Part shown: positions 1 to 12,321 of the stretch, in pieces
How positions within the stretch are numbered: position 1 is the stretch's first letter
Layout: each line of letters begins with the position of its first letter
From: Rhina ancylostomus
Lineage: Eukaryota
Direction of reading: 5' to 3'
Length of the DNA stretch: 64,000 nt
Assembly (NCBI GenBank): GCA_030265395.1
Contig: JARFYF010000104.1
Coordinates: 21,947,275-22,011,274, forward strand
Notes under the pieces: generated by a model
Databases searched by the model: none
Told to the model about the DNA's origin: nothing
Seen by the model: only the letters and a program-made list of their open reading frames with translations
Translations under genes and position numbers: made by a program

Positions 1-974
1 TGTGTCTGGAAATTTTATTTACTGATGTATATAAAAACAGCAATATTACAATATACCTCAAATAAATTTATTATTTTATATTTATTGTACTTTGTATTGC
101 ATGTGTGGATTGATTGTAAATGTACAGTTTAAAATATCTATTTATTTTGATGTCAAATACACAACGTAAAGTGATATTATTACTTGTTTGGTTCTGCAGA
201 ATGTACTCTGACATGTTAAATGCTGCCATTTCTCCATTAGATTTATTAATGAAGTCATTAATTAATAAAACATGTCAGTTAAATTGTATTATTGTAAATA
301 TTCTTAAATAATGTATTTTTATACCACAGCATGTGTATTTGTTATATTCAGGAAAAGTTACTCTACATCTGCCAAATCATTCTTAGTGAAGTATATATAT
401 GTACTGCAGTATAACCTACTAAATGATTCTTTCCCATTCTTCATACAATTAAATCTATGTTCCATTGCATCCTAAAATCCCTTGGGCTAGGCTGGCTGAA
501 AGACCTCTTATAATGTAAATTTCTATGATTCAATGAATACAATGGTAGATAAATAAAAGTAAATAAAGCTGCTGCAAATAGTGACAAAAAAGTGTTTGGT
601 TATTTCTTGGAAATTTGTCAGTCCAGCCATGTAGAATGTGTAGCAAAATAGTAAATTGACAAAGTTTGTGCAGTAATTATAATTTCAGATAGCCCTAAAT
701 GTTTTCTTTCGCACAAATGGTGACGAATGAATGTGACTCAAGCTTCCTGACAAAATGAGAAGGAACATTAGGATACAAAAATGATAGAATCGCTTTCCAT
801 CATTTCTAATATGGAATTGGAAGGTGTAGAACGGAAGGTCGTCACTATGGCTGTTTGGTAAATATATGATGGAGAGAGGAGATGTATGGGAGAAAATTAA
901 CAAAAATACTTCAAAATGATATGAGTTCATCATTCTATAGGCAATTAATATTTGAATTTTACCACTTGTATTAC

Positions 975-1730
975 AAAAATTGGGGGTGAAGCGGGTAGGC
1001 TTAGGCTACAGGATGATATTGATCAGCTGTAAATTGACCAGGGCAATGACAAATAGAACTTAATCCTAACAAATGTGTGCTGATTCATTTTGGAGTTCAA
1101 ATAAGGGTAGGACATGTACCATGAATGGTAAGACTCTAGGGAGTATCAAGGAACAAAAGGACCTTGGTGTACAAGTTCAAAGATCCCTGAAAATGGCAAC
1201 ATGGGTAGAGAGGGTTGCAAGGCTTCATTAGCTGTGATAGAATACAAGTGTGGGGAGTTCTTGGTAACACTTTGTAAATCATTGATTAAGCACAGCTGGC
1301 ATATTATGTGCATTCTGGTCACGATGCTATATGAAGTATGTGATTGCACTGGAGAAGGTGCAAAAATGATTCATCAGGATGTTACCTGGGATGAAATGTT
1401 TAATTATGAGGAGACACTGGATAGGCTGGGCTGTTTTCCTTGGAGCAGGGAAGGCTGAGTGGGAACCTGACAGAAGTATATAGAATTATGAAAGGCATAG
1501 ATGGAGCAAATAGCATGAAATTTTTCCTCACGAGAGAGGTATCGAAGACCAGAGGGATATTTTTAAGGTGAGGAGTTAGAGGGGATCTGAGGAAGATTTT
1601 TTTCACTGAGTATGGTTGTAATTGCCAAGGCATAGGTAGGCTATAGACCAAGTGCTGATAAATGGGATTATATAGGTTAATACTTGATGATTGGCATAGT
1701 GATGGTGAGCTGAAGGACTTGATGACTCTT
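975..1730 (+). mobile_element. CR1 LINE 3' fragment (degenerate RT C-terminus and 3' end)
   Basis: TKIGG..LQDDIDQL, FNPNKC.LIHFG, DLGV and RGNLTEVYRIMKG-like remnants with stops and frameshifts. Confidence 0.85.
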
Positions 1731-1959
1731 TCACAATTAGACCTAGATCCTAAGTTTTAATTGCAGTTGTGGCAATTTTCAGGAATCTAACTTTGGAATT
1801 CAAGGCATTTTTGAAAAAAAAATTATTTCATTGATTATGCTTAAGCATCATCAGCAAATAGTAAATTTGATAACAAAATGTTTGCTAAGTAATATTGTCT
1901 ACTGACAAAATTCTGCAAACAGATTTAAAAAAACAAATACATCATTGTTGCTCATTTCT

Positions 1960-2480
1960 AGGAAGATATATCTGAAGAAGGGGAGTTATATTAAATATAA
2001 AGGCTATGGTTAGACAACATTTGATACCATTTTATTAAAAAGGATGTAAAGACACCAGAAAATGTGAGGAAAACATTAAAAAAAAATCAGACCTGTGCTA
2101 TTAAAGATTGAACAGATTTAGGCTTTGTTCTCCAGCAAGAAGACTGAGTGGTCACCGGTCAGATGCCTTTAAAATTATGGAAGGATTTGAAAGGGTAAGT
2201 CTAAAGAGGAAATTTCAAATGCAGGAACACTAAATAAGAGAGCCACTAAACACATCGGATAAATTTCTTGAGCTGGGAATTTATAAAAATGTGGAATTTG
2301 ATACCAGAAGAACTTGTTGAGATAAGTAAGAGATTTGAGGGGATGCCAAGTAAGAGTATAAGTAAGAAAGGAATAGTTTCTGAGATGTGATTAAATAAAG
2401 AGGTTTATGAGGTGGATTGGAGCATAAAATGGTATGGATCAATTGAGCTAAGTGACTTATTTATTGTATCGTCTACATAA
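1960..2480 (+). mobile_element. Highly degenerate CR1 3' fragment
   Basis: agactgagtggtcacc...tttaaaattatggaagg and gtggaattt motifs typical of the CR1 ORF2 end. Confidence 0.55.
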
Positions 2481-2779
2481 TTGCACACAGAGACAAATAA
2501 TCAATGCACAAGGAAATTTTGCCTTTTAATTATATCTCTTGAATCTATATTATGTTTCATTTGACCCCAGCTGTGTTACAAGATCTGATATTAATTGGAA
2601 CTTTGAATTATTTGAGCTACTACGTTGAGTCCAAAGCTCCTGGGGGGAGCTTACATTAGACTGAAATTTTAAAAAATAGTTTCAAGAGAGTTGGTTAATG
2701 AAGTTTCATCTAAAGCTTTCAGTATAATGAAGTTGGAAGGGAGGGATCATTGGGAGCTGCAGATACTGATATACAGTAA

Positions 2780-2942
2780 CAAGCAATCTGCTGGAGGAAG
2801 TCAGATGGTCTAGCACATCTGTGGAAAGGAAGGCACTGTTGATGTTTCAGGTCAAAACCCTCCTGCAGATGTACTCAACTGAGTTCCTCCAGCAGATTGT
2901 TCATTGCTTCAGATTCCAGCATCTGTAGTCTCTTGTGTCTCT
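2780..2942. repeat. Penelope pseudo-LTR-derived fold-back element
   Basis: aatctgctggaggaa...ttcctccagcagatt inverted arms. Shares text with the pseudo-LTR at 12322-12460. Confidence 0.65.
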
Positions 2943-3304
2943 TCTGGAATACAGTGCTTTCTGTTATCTTCATGCATTAAAATAAATAAAGCATTTCCAT
3001 TATTTAGCATCTTTCACCTGTACAAGTTACCTAAAAGTTCCTTAAAACTACTAAATAGCATTTGACATGTAGTAACAGTTCTGTAGCCAATGCATCCATC
3101 AGTTTCCATGTAACATGGTTCCACAAATACCAATGAAATGAACAAAAAAAGAGATAATTGGTTTTGGATGATGCTGTTGTATAAATGGGCAAAAATACAA
3201 ATCACCTACTCTTTATCAAACATTTTTCCTTTCATGTAAAATATAGGAGACCTAACACTTCTAGTAGTTTAACTTCCTGACAATGTGATAATCCCCAGAA
3301 GTTG

Positions 3305-3490
3305 AGGCACAAGAGGCTACCGATGCTAGAATCTGGAGCAACAAACAATTTGCTGGAGGAACTCAGTGGGTCGAGCAGCATCTGTGGGAGGAAAGGAATT
3401 GTCAATGTTTTGGGTTGAAACCCTGTATCTGACTTTTGACCTGAACTGTCGACAATTCCTTTCCTCCCACAGATGCTCCAGTGGATTGCT
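3305..3490. repeat. Penelope pseudo-LTR-derived fold-back element with a perfect 27-bp inverted repeat
   Basis: 3377-3403 agcatctgtgggaggaaaggaattgtc is the exact reverse complement of 3451-3477. Confidence 0.75.
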
Positions 3491-4101
3491 TATAGCATCC
3501 CCCAGAAGTTGTTTTGAAGCGTCAACCTAGATTGCATTGAGGTCCAGAGGTGATAATTGTTAGACTTATAGGTGAGAGCATGCTATTCTTGAGCCAAACT
3601 GACACTATCGCAGTCCCTATTTAACTTTGAGCCTGCCAGCTGTTGGGAAGTCAAAGTTGTGCATTATTTTATAGAAATAGAAACAACAAAACAATTCTCA
3701 ATGAGGATTTTACTACATCATTGCTTGATCTTCAGGAAATCCCTATTGTATTTTGTGTATAGAGTTTTCTAAGTTATCTGTTTTAACACACCAACTACAT
3801 TACAATAATGATTAGTGTGATGTGTGTATTGCTATGCTTCAAGGATGAAGAGACTGATGTGAATGATTTCTTTGATTAAGTCAATAAATTATCTTCTGCA
3901 AAAGAAATCAGCAATCAAAGTTAAAGAGAGGCATTTGAAGATTTGCAAAGATACCCTAAAAATTACTGTTATTTTAATTGCTAATTCTTTATGAATTAGA
4001 TGCATGTTTGTATCCCCTAATGACAAAGCATCAGACACATTTTGTTCAAATTTGCGTCTACAAATTTGGGTTTCAAATTCAAACATTTTATCTTCCTTCA
4101 G

Positions 4102-4200
4102 GCTGGTTTAACAACATATTTTCATCCTGGGATCAATTTAAAGAAAATTCATCATTATAGCATCAAACTCTATGAAAGTTTGGAGGAAGAGACAGGGCAG
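4102..4200 (+). CDS. DMGDH: DMGDH coding exon (human exon 3 equivalent), 99 bp: [33 protein letters not shown]
   Basis: ttccttcag acceptor, gtaagt donor at 4201. Peptide nearly identical to the recalled vertebrate DMGDH segment that follows the FAD-linked His motif STWHA-AG. Phase 0/0. Confidence 0.97.
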
Positions 4201-4339
4201 GTAAGTGGCTTCACTAACCCTTAATTTTCTTCTCCATCTTTTGCATGAATTATGCTGTTGATACCTTATTCTTGATCATTCATAAAAACCTGTGACCCAT
4301 CAAAAATTCATATTAAAATATGTGGTATCGTATCATAGG

Positions 4340-5205
4340 TGGTATCGGTGGTAAAGTGAAGAAGGTTATCAAAAATTACAGGGGAGGTAGTGGGCTGAGG
4401 ATTGTCAAATCGCTTTCAATTCAGATAAGTGCGAAATGTTGCATTTTGGGAAGTCAAACCAGGGTAGGACTTGCACAGTGATTGGTCAGGCCCTGAGGAA
4501 TGTTGTGGAACAGAGGGGCCTAGGAGTACAAGTTCATGGTACGCTAAAACAGCATTGCCAGTAGACAGCATGGTGAAGAAGGTGTTTGGCACGCTGGCCT
4601 TCATCAGTCAGGGCTCTTAAGTTTAGGAGCTGAGATGTAATGTTGCAGTTATATAAGACTTTGGTGAGACCACACTTGGAGTATTGTGTACAGTTTTGGT
4701 TTCCCTGTTATAGGAAGGACATCATTAAACTGGAAAGAGTGCAGAGAGGATTTATAAGGATGCTGCCAAGATCAAGGGACTGAGTTATAGTGAGAGGCTG
4801 GGCATGCTAGGACTTTATTCCATGGAACATAGGAGACTGAGGGTTGACCTTATAGAGTTACATAAAATCACGAGGGGTATAGATAGGGTGAACGCACAGT
4901 CTTTTCCCCAAGGAAGGGGAACTAAAAACATGAAGGCATGGGGTTAATGTGAGAGGTGAAAGATTTAAAAGGGACCCGAGGGGCTATTTCTTCATACAGA
5001 GGGTTGTGTGTATATGGAATGACCTGCCAGAGAAAGTGGTTGCGGCAGGTACAATAATAACATTCAAAAGGCATTTAGATAAGTACATGGATACGAGGGG
5101 TTTAGAGGCATATTGGCCAAATGCAGGCAAATCTTGGTTTTGGCATCATGGTTGGCATGAACAAGTTGGGCCAAATGGCATATATCCATGCTATATTACT
5201 CTATG
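4340..5205 (+). mobile_element. CR1 LINE 3' fragment, relatively well preserved
   Basis: [31 protein letters not shown] and FFIQRVVCIWNDLP (ORF 4949..5206). Ends in an actctatgact tail. Confidence 0.92.
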
Positions 5206-7623
5206 ACTTTAAAATATCAATCCATAAATCTTGAATAGCTCTTCTCCAGGAATAAAACCCTGCAAATCTTGGTGGTTAAAATTTGTCAACTTTAATGTTT
5301 AGAATGATCCAGTTGGCATGAAGAGATCTATCTTTATTTTTTTTGGTGGAAATAGTTGGTCTACTTTTTTCAAGTTGAACTAATAAAGGAAGTAAGGCTG
5401 TAGAGAAGGAAGCACTGGAAGAAATGTCAGGGTCATTTTTAAGTATATTTGGTGCAAGCAAGTGAGAAAAAAAAACATTATGTTCAAGTAACTGAGGGTT
5501 AGCAAATAAACGAATCTTCATATATTCATAGAAGAAACCATAGAATTCTCTTCAGCACTGCATTTAAATTTCTGAGTTATGTCTACTGGTGCAGGATGGT
5601 GGTGGAGGAGGTATGAAATACGAAAGAAAATAAATTGAAGGAGGTAATTGCACCAGCTATAATGGACTGCACACAAATATTTTAAGATGTTGTAGTCAAA
5701 ATCAATCATGTCCTTATCTCTACTATCTAAGGCAATTGTATTCACAAATTGAAAAATGATTAACACCAATATTTAAAATGAAGCATGGCAGTTACTGGGA
5801 AATCACAACCTACAAAGCTTCCCATCGATCATGGATGAGTTATGGTGGGCAGAACAAGTTGGAAGTGCACCAGCTCCCACATAGGATTCAGCTTCTCCTT
5901 AGACATCCAGGCTTTTTGAATACTTTATTTGAAATAGAATCCTGCAAATCTTAGTGAGTCCCTTTCTGATTTTAGTACAGCCATTTCTTGAGTTGCCATG
6001 TACTATTCTCTTTCAGCATTCTGAGAGGATGCTAGTGGCCAGGACAGGAAGGCCTCATCACCACCACAGTCTGTCATGTCAGGTTTTTACAGGTTATTTG
6101 TTGGTTTCTCATTTAGGCTGCCAGTTAATCTCTGGGTATTTTATGGTATATTTCTTTTGACTCTAGAAAGAGGATTGTCAGTTAATTAAAATATTTTGCT
6201 CGTGTCTTTGTGTTGTTGGCTGTTTTATAAATAATTTGGCTGTTGCCATATTGCCACATGGTGGATGCGTAGGACATTATGAAGGAAGTCATGTCTTGCT
6301 CAATATCTCATAAACTCACAACCATGGTGCTTGTCCTGCATAGCCTGGAGAAATTAAGGAGACTAAAATTAGACCAGTCATCTGGAATTGATAGGCTGTA
6401 TCCCATGGTTCTAAAAGTAATGGTTGCAGAGAAAGTGGACATGGAGGAACAATGAGCAAGATATATAATCTGTGGCTAGTCAGATGTTACCTTTTTCATG
6501 CTGTTGCCCAAGATTAAAATTTGGCCCTGCTTATGGCGCTGGTAATAAAAGTGCACATGTCCAAAATGATGACATATTATTTAAGATTTCCAGCAGTTTT
6601 CTTGATTCTCGAGTAGAAAGATGTATTGCTTCTGATAGTGAATTAGTGTCTGCAGCATGCTTGGGTTGGAATGGCTGAGTTTTACTCAAGAGTGTTATTT
6701 ACATGCACTTGGGTAGTGCATATCCAGAAAGGATGGAAGGAGCCAGTTTACATAGATGGACAGGGGGATGNNNNNNNNNNNNNNNNNNNNNNNNNNNNNN
6801 NNNNNNNNNNNNNNNNNNNNNNNNNNNNNNNNNNNNNNNNNNNNNNNNNNNNNNNNNNNNNNNNNNNNNNAATGGCTCCCTTCCCCTGTCCCCCAAGTTG
6901 AACTCTGATAAAGGGACATTGACCTGAAGTATTGATCCTGTTTCTCTCTCCACAGAATGCTGCATGACCTGCTGAGTTTTTCTGTTTTTATTTCATAAGC
7001 CAAGTACATTTTGGTGAGGGGAGAGTGGGGAGGGGGTGGGGAGGGGTGAGTGGGTAGGCATTAGGGAGGAGAGAGGATTTTGAAGGAAAAACTTCATGTA
7101 GAAGGCCCATGAAAGCTGAACCTATCTCCTAAAGTTTCCTTTGTTTTTGAAGTGAACTTAAAACAATTTTTGGTTGATTTTCTTGGATTCACTTGAAGTC
7201 TACTTCTTTGGTGGGGTTACATCCATTTCTGGGATATGGCTTGACTTCAGCAACAGAACTATATACTGAAATGGAGCAGATTCAGAGCAGGAGTAGCCTT
7301 CATACATTTTAAAAGCAATGGAAGAATTTCATAAAATATAAATACAATGCATTGTCTCTGAGATGGCATTTGTTTTCAATACCAGTCGCTATCTAATGTC
7401 TTTGCAGATAAAGTATTTTAAAAGTTTGTGTACTTGGAATATCAGAGTGGCTGGCTCTGACAGTCTAAGGAGGCTAATAGTAGAACTGGTGACATAGCAA
7501 ACTTTTATTTACAACATAAAATTTCTTGTTCTTATTTTTTTGAAGTTTCATGAAAGGAAATGGTCAAAAGAGTTAGGCTTAAAGGCTCCCCAAGTCATTC
7601 GTGGTTTGATATCATTTCCACAG

Positions 7624-7788
7624 GCAGTTAGCTTCCATCAGCCTGGCAGCATCCGAATTGCTACCACCCCTACCCGAGTGGATGAATTTCATTACCAGAT
7701 GACCCGGACACGGTGGAATGTGACACCACAATTTATGGTTGGCCCTGAAAAGGTGCAGGAACTCTTCCCTCTGATAAATATTGACAAG
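7624..7788 (+). CDS. DMGDH: DMGDH exon 4 equivalent, 165 bp: [55 protein letters not shown]
   Basis: tttccacag acceptor, gtaaac donor. [17 protein letters not shown] motif. Phase 0/0. Confidence 0.97.
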
Positions 7789-9059
7789 GTAAACTGGCAC
7801 TTTGTTGACTTAATATTAATCGATTATTTTGCTGACGTATCATTTACTTCCTGTAGTCTTTTCACCTTGAACTATTTAACTTTTGTAACCAGCTTTGGAA
7901 ATTATTGCCAATATATAGAAAAACTTTACTCAGAAGTGTCAGTGCACTGCTTTGCAAAATACTTTTACCTTCCTTTTCAGAAGTGATCTTCTGCATCAAA
8001 TAATTAAAAAAATGTTATGGTTAATATTTAATACAGATGTTTTCTCCATGAACTGTGATAAGGAACAGGGTGCTTGGGTTAGAATCAGGCTACCTTCTTC
8101 ATATTTGGGAAGTTAATTGAGTCTGCACTTTACTTAATTAAATCTTCATTGTTGTCTTACCTTCTGAATTATGTCAGAAAATACTTTTACATTTATTTCT
8201 GTGATGTTAAATATAATGTGTGATAAATTATCCCCTTCTATGTCCACGTTATAAATCGTGATTTTTTTTTCTCCATTTTAAAAATTAATTTCTGCAAAGT
8301 CAATGTTGCTGACAAGATCACCATTCCTTACTCATTTTTAATTGCCTTGGAGAAAGTGGTGGTGAGCTGCCTTCTTGAACTGTTGTAGTCCCTTACAGCG
8401 AAGGTATTCCTAGAGAAATTGGCAGGAAGTTTCAGGATTTTGTCCAAGTGATAATGAAAATCTTTTACTTTTAAAATCAAATTACTCCAATTATATTTTT
8501 CCACATGGGGTACGAAGTGGCAGTATTTCCTTTACATTTCAAAGTGAATTGGTAAGGTTTGTTCCTGTGAAATGATCTGTTTTAAGGTGCGATAAATATG
8601 AATTATTAGAGGATAAAACTATCTTAGGCTACTAATACTAAACATGTGCAAGAGTATTAGCCGCTGGCTATATGCACCTCCCACACATTCAGTCCATTCT
8701 TCTTTCACAAAGTTATTTGAACAGCAGGCTGGAGTTGTAGGTGAAGGTGTGGATGTACCTTGTGCCTTCCAGAGATACCAAGTGGACAGAAGTATCACAT
8801 CACGAAGGATCTAAAATTATCCTTTCACTGCAATTTGTGATGGCCTTTCCTAGTGGTAAATGTCAGTACTATCCTGATGCACGTCTGGCGGCTAAGTTAA
8901 GATTTAGAAATTTTGAGTGTCATGTGTAAGATACAAAAGAAACAAGTGATTCCATTCCCCTTGGAAATTACCTTTCTAAAGAAGAATCTTAGTCTTACAA
9001 TGAGGTTTATATGTAGCCTATTTCAGATGGGTATGGATATGTTACATGCTATCCTCTAG

Positions 9060-9264
9060 GTCCTGGCTGGATTATATAACCCTGGAGATGGCCACATTGA
9101 TCCTTATTCACTCACCATGGCTTTGGCGGCTGGAGCACGACTCTATGGGGCTGAGCTACACTTTCCTGCTGCAGTAACAGGTCTTGCACCAAGATCTGAT
9201 GGAACATGGGACGTGGAAACAGCAAATGGAACAATTCGTGCTAACCGAATTGTGAATTGTGCAG
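9060..9264 (+). CDS. DMGDH: DMGDH exon 5 equivalent, 205 bp: [68 protein letters not shown](G)
   Basis: atcctctag acceptor, gtatgg donor. Read by hand because the ORF track misses it. [16 protein letters not shown] motif. Phase 0/1. Confidence 0.97.
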
Positions 9265-11399
9265 GTATGGTGGTATCTCCACATTAAAGAGTAAATCCTG
9301 TCTCGAATCATACAGACTGCAACGTTTTTCTAATAGTTTTCTTACATTCTTTTAAAGGTGGAGGTAAGATGTAATTGCATACTATTATAGCGGTAATAGT
9401 TTCTTAGACCCATGGACAAGTGATTTTGTTATATATTAAGGTGCCATGCACTGGAGTATATCCAAGTACATCCACACTATGGTACAATTTGCCTGCCTTT
9501 TATCACCTTTTGTAACTGTGGGAAGACAAAAGTAAATGCCTCCGTCTGCGTTTGGAGGCGTTAGTGCATAATCCTTGTCCAAACTTCCAAAATGTGTCTC
9601 ACAATTGCAATCCAGCTGACCTCCTCTGCTTTGGATGCAGTCAGCCCTGATTCGGCCTTCTGGATCAGAGTAGAGAGTTTTTGGGCAGGTTTCTCCCTTT
9701 TTTGACATGGGACAATGCTGAGAGCCAATCTTGGGCACCTTTAAGGCACTGTTGCTGGAGTTAATGGTCAGAGTATGTTAGAAGGGCCTGGAATTTTCAA
9801 TTGATATTTGATATTTTGAAAAAACATTTTCATTGGGATATTACCTATTGATATATCCAGTTAAGACCGTTATCAACCTTGATATGAAAGGTAAATGCAA
9901 GAATTTTGACTTCACGATGAGTTGCAAGTAACAGCTATTTGGATCCACAAATCAGAAATGATTGGCTGGGAGAATCATTGTTATTGATTCATTGATAGCA
10001 ATTTATTGTTGAGCATGACAAAATATGACTCAAAGAAGTAATATATGTTTAAATGGCTTATTCTTAACATTACAATGGTACATTTTGTATTTAATTTTCA
10101 TTTTATAACAAAAGAGTCTAGTTTTTTTATGATCAGAAATGGGCCATTCAATACAACTAGAAATAGATGTGTGAGGACAGGATAATTCATCTTGAGCTAA
10201 TATTAATGGCAACATAGCATCAAAATACAATCTTCTTGTTGAGTTTTTAAACTGAATTGTCAGAAAGACATTGTTACAAGAATAAACTCACTGGAGAACA
10301 CTTCAGTGGATGCAAAAAAGGCACCTTTAAGAAGTATTTATCTTTGGACATGTGCTTCTGGAAGGCTAGCAATAGTTGTCCTTCCAGAAATGGAATGACA
10401 AATGAAGTTTTATTATATCTCCCAATGCATTGCCCTCTTGTTTAAAACAAAATATTGGCATTACCATAAAGTAAATATGCTTATGGCAATGGAGGAAAAT
10501 GATGAGTTGAAAGCTGAAGAGAAACCAAGGATAGTGAGGATAATAGCATACCACAGTCACAGAGGATACCATATGTAACTTTGATAAATGCCATTTCAGT
10601 GGTGTAATAGAGGTGGACATCTGACTCACGAGATTAAAATTTAGAGTCAAGAGAAACATTTCCATTGATTTGGGTAGCAACAACATGTTCAATAACTTTG
10701 GAGAGGAAAGGGAAGTTGGAGATGAATCATAGTGTGCAGTGACAAGCAGTTCATGGCTTTTATTTTGGGAAGAGCACTGATGGTGCTATTGAAAGGGTCA
10801 GTACTTAAGGAAAGGGAACCATTTTCAGTGTCAGGGAAAGATAGGGAACTTACAAATTCAGTAATTTAGTGAGCATGGCAGTCAAGGTACAAGGTGACAA
10901 GAGTGAGGAAAATTAAAGGTAGACGTTTGTCAATATGAGAGCTAAAGAAAGGGAAGCATCAGAGGCCACAAATGGATGGGCTTAAACTTAACAACAAAGA
11001 AGAATTTGAGTTGGAGATGAGCATAACCAGATAAAGGAGAAGAACTTACAAATATGGTTGGCTGTATAATCACAGAACCAAGGTTTCCTTAGTTCAAATT
11101 CTAGAGTAGTGGGCAGTAATAATAGAAAAGCGGAGGCCAATAATACTTTATTGCAGCCAGATCTGGGGATGACTGGTTAAATTTGGCAACACAAGTTGAT
11201 GTCACACAAAAATTGCAAACAAATAAAATTTATTTTAGAGAATTGGAATATAGATGCAGGGATGCATTGTTAAATTTATGTAAAAACATGCTCAAGCCAT
11301 AAATGGAATACCATAAGTAAATGACATGGCAACTGATCTCTATCAATTCAGCAACTTGTAACTTGACTTGACTCATGCCCATGAAAAGTGTTGCTGTAG

Positions 11400-12300
11400 G
11401 AGTCCATAGACATCTTGTCTCTTCCTGGGAGATGTGGAAGACGCTGGTTCATACCCTAACGTTTTCTTATACATTGATTATCGTATCAGTGCTGCTTCCT
11501 GCTCTTGCTCTGAAATTGACCCTTCTTATGATCTATATACAATCCATCCCTTTCTTGACTCAGTTATCAGTCTTGCAAACCCTTTGGTTTTCTGTGATGG
11601 GCAAGTGCAGCAGGTAAACAGACTGCTACAGATGAAGGCATCATGACAGCTGTTGTGAAACCAGCAGCTGACTTAAATGATGTTCTGCATGTGGACACTG
11701 AGATAATGGAATGCATTTTGATTTTGTTATAGGACAGAGTTGGGACATGATACCTGCAAAATGATAGATGTGCTGACAGTTAACCGTAAGCACGTGATAT
11801 CTTCTGTCATTGCAAAACTGCTTGTTATATCGGCAGGTTAATAGCAAGTGTGAATGGAATTAGCTCACGTTGAATGGAAAGCCTCAGTGATCTCCCTTAT
11901 AGAGAGTGGATGACAATCTGAATTGTAGCAATTATCTCCATTGCCAGCCTGAAAGGAGCCAGCACTATAGAAGTCCATTGTTGTGATTACTTTGACAGGT
12001 GTCATTAATGTGATCCTTACCCTGCTGTGATCCTGCAGTTATGATTTCAATGGGGAAGTTCTTATTAAAGCCCTGAGATTTTGCAAATTGTTCTTTGCTG
12101 AACTTTTGGAAGGAGAACTGCTTGATGAACATCATAAGTAGATGTGGAATCTTGTTCAGGACTCTTTTCATCTTCCTTCTCATTGAGCAGTTTGTTGTAC
12201 ATTGTTTGCCCTTTGTTCATTCTCGCAGCTGCGCTATATTTCCTGTGAATTGCCTTCTTATAGCTAGGAACAATTGGTTTGTGCAGAACTCTTGCAATCA
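11400..12300 (-). mobile_element. Decayed PIF/Harbinger transposase (HARBI1/DDE_Tnp_4-like) fossil
   Basis: Minus-strand translation across frameshifts gives these motifs in the expected order: RRKMKRVL..QFSFQKFSKEQF, PVKVITTMDFYSAGSFQAGNGDNC (11949-11972), IREITEA, VNCQHI (for IDCTHI), FHYLSVH (for FHSLNVQ) and SCHDAFI (11631-11645). Confidence 0.75.
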
Positions 12301-12321
12301 GCAAAAAGTCCTTCTGCAAAA

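Noticed and set aside
1-4101. DMGDH exons 1-2 or a nested BHMT exon
   Set aside because: No GGGCVG or STWHA coding sequence and no BHMT-like peptide was found by eye; exons 1-2 must lie upstream
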